DNA from: a virus
Lineage: Duplodnaviria; Caudoviricetes
DNA: 48,260 nucleotides
Strand: one strand, 5' to 3'
Virus record (IMG/VR): IMGVR_UViG_3300022891_000004
Coordinates: 1-48,260 of that record
In this document: piece after piece, positions 44,473 through 48,260 of the stretch
Numbering within the stretch: position 1 is the stretch's first letter
Layout: every line of letters starts with the position of its first letter
Made by a program: the position numbers and the translations under genes
Notes under the pieces: generated by a model
Seen by the model: the letters and a program-made list of their open reading frames with translations, nothing else
Told to the model about the DNA's origin: nothing
Database searches by the model: none

Positions 44473-46863
44473 GTGTCGATTGGGATTCTCATCGCGACAT
44501 GCCTGAGGACGCCCTCCGGCCGCTACGATCTCAAATGGCGCAACGGCATCGAGACGCCCTCACCGCCTGAGATCTTGATTGGGACGATCCCCGCTCAGTC
44601 ACTGACCGCAGGCTCAGCCTACTCGCAAGACTTCTCTGTCTACGTCTCCGGCACCGATAAGCCGGGGGCAACCTATGCGATTGAGGCGGTCAGCGGCACG
44701 CTCGCCGCGGTGGATCTTATCTTCAGCGGCTCGACGCTCTCGGGCGCGACCCCGGATGTCGGCACGTTCACCGGCCGGCTCGCCGTGACCAAGAGCGGCT
44801 ATACGTTCCGCTCCGACCCGTTCCTTCTGACCTGCACTGCCCTTCCGGTCACAGACACCCAGGCACCCGCAGTCCCCCCGCCGCCCACCGCAACGGTTAA
44901 TAGCGCGACCTCGATTACGGTTGCGGGCTATCACTCGATGGATGTCGCCACCGCCTCGGTCACAGCCTCCGGGATATCCGCGCTGATCCTGCAACGCGCC
45001 ACCGTCATCAATGGCGTGGAAGGTGCCTACAGCGATCGCACCACGATCACCGCGCCCTCGGCCGGATTCAAAGGGCTGCTGGTGGAGGCGACGGTGGGTG
45101 CTCCGGCCTCCGTGAGCACTGCGCAGAATGGGGCGAATTACACGATCGTGTCGGGCCTGGGGAATATCTCCGGTAGCAGCGACAATTTCATCTGTCGCTA
45201 TGCGACGGTGAGCGGCAACTTTCGGGTGCTCGCGCAGTTGTCGGACTTCGACAATCAGGGCAACCCCTCGGCTGCGACTCAGATCATGATTCGCAGTAGC
45301 TTAGATCCGAACGCGGCGTTCTATCGGGCGCGGCGCTTCAATGCGGCCTCAGGTCTTGGAATCGGCACGGCCTGGCGGCCGACCACGGGAGGCGGCGCCA
45401 CGAGTTCCGCCGCCGTCACGGCCAACATCCCCGCTGATCCGTGGGTGCTCGTTGAGAAGGTGGGCAATGTTCTCACGACGCAGTTTCTCGACAACTCAGG
45501 AGTGTGGGTCGCCGCCGGCACCGCGACCATCACGATGGCAGATCCGGTGCTGGTGTGCGTCTCCGGGATCCGCGCAGCCTCCGGAACGCCCGTCACGTTC
45601 CCGATCAACAATCTCATCATCGATCAGCTGCCCTCCTGGACGTACGCGGATACCTCGGTTGCCGCCACGAGCTACCGCTATAAGTGCAAAGCAAGGGATC
45701 AGGCCTCGAACACGACGGGCGCCGGCATCGCAAGCGCGCTCTACACGACGACGGGCGCCGTCACGAACGCGATCCGCTGGCATCCCGGTCATTACATGCT
45801 GCTCGATGGGATCAAAAGCTCTCCTTCCCGCCGGGCAACGCACATCGCGCAGATCGCAGAGCTTGCGAACGAGCCCACCATCAAGGGCGTGAAGCTGCAA
45901 CTGTATTGGGGCGATGTCGAGAGCGGCACGACGCAAGGCAACGCAAGCTACCAACCGGGCTTTGACATCCTCGATGAGTACCTGGATGCGCTCGGCAACA
46001 TCGGCAAGAAAATGATCTTGTCGATTCAGGACCGTATTTTCGGAGGGCTAAGCCCCTCGAACCTGACGAATGGTTACTACTTCCCGCAGTACGTCACGAC
46101 CCAGGAGCCTGCGGTCTCACTCGATGCACCGGGCTACACGACACGTGTGTGGACGTCCTTTACGAATGGACGGCTGATCGCGCTCACCCAGGCGCTCGGG
46201 GCGCGCTACAACTCTGATACGCGATGGGAGATGTACCAGGGCGAGGAAACTGCGCTCGGTCTTGCGAACCCCTCAGGAGTCGGCTACTCAGCCTCCGCGC
46301 ACGCAACCCAACTAAAGCTCTTCATCACTCAGATGGTGAGCGCCTGGCCGAACACGCTCACCCGTGTATCGACCAACTTCATGAACGCCTATGGATCGTT
46401 CAGCGGGGATACGGCGATGGCGGACCTGCTCGCCTATATGGCCGATCGCAAGGTCGCAGCCGGTGGGCCGGACACGATTCCCAATCAGTCGATTGCCGCC
46501 AACCGCATCTTTGCGGGCATCGGTGGATACACCAACTGGCGCGGCAAGATTCCGTGGGTCGGGGAGGTTCAAAGTCCTTCGATGGGCGGCAAGGAGGGCA
46601 ATTTCACGCCCGCGCAAATCTGGATCACGCAGCGCGATGGACAGCTCGCCTCCAATCCAAACATCCCGCCCATGGAAATCTCTCACATGCTTTGGTATCG
46701 CAAGGACTGGCTCCAGGGGACGAGCAACAGCGACATGTACTGGAAGCAAACGACCGTCAACGGCTTCGTGCATCCGGGCATTCTTGAGTACATCAGGAGC
46801 ATCAATGGCGCGATGCCGCGCACGGCCTGCCCCGATCTATTCAACGCGTGCGCCACGGCATGA
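44473..46863 (+). CDS. Multidomain Ig/FN3 + lectin-like + glycoside-hydrolase-like protein
   Basis: Ig-like N-terminus, DTQAP..P FN3 start, ConA-like beta sandwich, C-terminal RWHPGHY...YWGDVE...RL..L..ALGARYN...EETA TIM-barrel-like region. Confidence 0.65.
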   Translation: MSIGILIATCLRTPSGRYDLKWRNGIETPSPPEILIGTIPAQSLTAGSAYSQDFSVYVSGTDKPGATYAIEAVSGTLAAVDLIFSGSTLSGATPDVGTFTGRLAVTKSGYTFRSDPFLLTCTALPVTDTQAPAVPPPPTATVNSATSITVAGYHSMDVATASVTASGISALILQRATVINGVEGAYSDRTTITAPSAGFKGLLVEATVGAPASVSTAQNGANYTIVSGLGNISGSSDNFICRYATVSGNFRVLAQLSDFDNQGNPSAATQIMIRSSLDPNAAFYRARRFNAASGLGIGTAWRPTTGGGATSSAAVTANIPADPWVLVEKVGNVLTTQFLDNSGVWVAAGTATITMADPVLVCVSGIRAASGTPVTFPINNLIIDQLPSWTYADTSVAATSYRYKCKARDQASNTTGAGIASALYTTTGAVTNAIRWHPGHYMLLDGIKSSPSRRATHIAQIAELANEPTIKGVKLQLYWGDVESGTTQGNASYQPGFDILDEYLDALGNIGKKMILSIQDRIFGGLSPSNLTNGYYFPQYVTTQEPAVSLDAPGYTTRVWTSFTNGRLIALTQALGARYNSDTRWEMYQGEETALGLANPSGVGYSASAHATQLKLFITQMVSAWPNTLTRVSTNFMNAYGSFSGDTAMADLLAYMADRKVAAGGPDTIPNQSIAANRIFAGIGGYTNWRGKIPWVGEVQSPSMGGKEGNFTPAQIWITQRDGQLASNPNIPPMEISHMLWYRKDWLQGTSNSDMYWKQTTVNGFVHPGILEYIRSINGAMPRTACPDLFNACATA

Positions 46864-47618
46864 CGATCACCTTTCATGGCGCCACCTCAACGCCCACCGA
46901 CAACGGTCTCAATGATGATGCGGCCGATGTGATCGTGACCCCGCCGGCCTCCATGGCGAACGGCATGCTCGCCTACGCGCATGTGAATCACCGCTCGAAC
47001 GGCGCCACGCTCACAAACGTCATCACGGGTGGACAGACTTGGACGGCGGAGACCAACCGCGCGAACGGCACGAGTTCTGCCTACCGGAATTTCTGGACGA
47101 CCTTCAATGGGACGTGGGCGGCGGATCCCACCTTTCACACGAACGTCACGCAGACCTCAGCGCTCACGGGGATCCTGCTCGCATTTTCCTGCACGAGTGG
47201 TGTGTGGGCGATCGATCAGATTGAGCAGACCGTGGGGTTCACCGCTCCGGGCTCTCCCTTTGATGTGAGCCGCGCGGGACAAACTCCCACGAACGCAGAC
47301 TCGGTCACGATCGCAGGCTTTCACACGACGAGTGATGCGAACACCTGGGCGCTACAAACCGCCGGTTGGACCGTGGCGCCGTCCGCGCAGATTCGCAACA
47401 CCCAGGGCGCCGGCACCTCAACCCAGCTCGCCTACCTGATTCAATCGAGCGCTGCAGCGACGGGCGCGGTCGTCTCGCGCCAGAATGCAGCATTGGCCGG
47501 TGTGACCTGGATCCAAACTTTCTATGAGGTTCCTGGCGCCTCCGGTCAGCCCGCCTATTCTCGCGATCAATCCATCTCGTTTCTCGGCAGATCCTTCGCC
47601 GGCCCTCAACTCTGGTGA
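46860..47618 (+). CDS. Thr-rich beta-sandwich putative virion protein
   Basis: Beta-strand/Thr-rich composition; ATGA overlap. Confidence 0.6.
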   Translation: MTITFHGATSTPTDNGLNDDAADVIVTPPASMANGMLAYAHVNHRSNGATLTNVITGGQTWTAETNRANGTSSAYRNFWTTFNGTWAADPTFHTNVTQTSALTGILLAFSCTSGVWAIDQIEQTVGFTAPGSPFDVSRAGQTPTNADSVTIAGFHTTSDANTWALQTAGWTVAPSAQIRNTQGAGTSTQLAYLIQSSAAATGAVVSRQNAALAGVTWIQTFYEVPGASGQPAYSRDQSISFLGRSFAGPQLW

Positions 47619-47621
47619 CGT

Positions 47622-48260
47622 ATGGCATCCACTGATTGTCTCCCGGTCCCCAAAAAGAACACCGCCTTTCGCGTGATCTTTCCGATCCGCGATAACGATG
47701 GCGATCTCGTCACGGGAGCGGCCGGCCTCGACAGCGAGATCAGTAAAGACCAGGGCACCGCCGCGGACTGCACCAATGAGGCCACTGAGATCGCCACCGC
47801 CACCGGGCTGTATTACCTCGATCTCACCTCCGCCGAGATGAACGCCGATAATGTCGCGATCATCGTCAAGACCTCCACAGTCAACGCCAAAACCGCCGTC
47901 ATCGTTCTCTATCCCCAAGAGGCCGGGGATATCCAGGTCAATGCGACCTATTGGAACGGCACCGCGGTTGCGGCTCCCAATACGGCAGGGGTTCCGCTCG
48001 TGGACATCGGCCGCATCAATAACTCAACGGTTGCGGCCGTGCGTCAGGGCCTGATTGCGCTCGCGGCGACCCCGGCGACCGTGGATAACACCGCCTTCAC
48101 CGCCACCGCCACGATCTTTGAATGCGATGACATCACCGAGGCCACCGCCAATCATTTCGTGGGCCGCTCGGTCTATCCCACCTCTGGTGCCCTGCTCGGA
48201 GTGTGCCTCGGGGTTGTGACCGCCTATGCGCTCACCTCGGGCCGCGGACGGTTTACGGTC
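47622..48260 (+). CDS. Putative virion-associated protein (continues to position 187 on the circle)
   Basis: MASTDCLPVPKKNTAFRVIFPIRDNDGDLVTGAAGLDSEISKD...GLYYLDLTSAEMNAD; open to the window end; missed by the ORF track. Confidence 0.8.
   Translation, partial: MASTDCLPVPKKNTAFRVIFPIRDNDGDLVTGAAGLDSEISKDQGTAADCTNEATEIATATGLYYLDLTSAEMNADNVAIIVKTSTVNAKTAVIVLYPQEAGDIQVNATYWNGTAVAAPNTAGVPLVDIGRINNSTVAAVRQGLIALAATPATVDNTAFTATATIFECDDITEATANHFVGRSVYPTSGALLGVCLGVVTAYALTSGRGRFTV
48134..48260. repeat. Terminal direct repeat, copy 2
   Basis: Identical to 1-127. Confidence 0.95.

Overview
This window is a complete circular (permuted) genome of about 48,133 bp from a tailed dsDNA phage; the first and last 127 nt are identical, consistent with assembly overlap. 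It has a podovirus morphogenesis module resembling Bordetella phage BPP-1: TerS/TerL, portal, scaffold, major capsid, cement, tail tubular A/B, ejection proteins and a beta-helix tailspike. It also carries an M15 endolysin within an expanded membrane-protein lysis cluster, three homing-endonuclease-like genes, a leftward early operon (ERF, YqaJ exonuclease, NinB and many small ORFs) and a rightward operon (XRE HTH, NrdR-type Zn ribbon, RusA). I found no integrase, DNA polymerase, helicase, primase, SSB, tRNA, CRISPR or reverse transcriptase. The most striking features are: (1) a promoter-driven, densely hairpinned ~310-nt non-coding region upstream of a replication-initiator-like protein lacking its N-terminal DNA-binding domain; (2) a repeated 50-nt intergenic element with invariant flanks and a covarying GNRA stem that separates the first early genes; (3) a PASTA/Ig protein sharing a terminal module with the gene next to the capsid cement; (4) an ART-PolyVal domain inside an ejection protein; (5) an orphan Phd antitoxin in the head operon; and (6) a bidirectional promoter giving a leaderless HTH mRNA, with TACGCAAG operator-like sites. 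All family calls come from motif recognition by eye, not from database searches.
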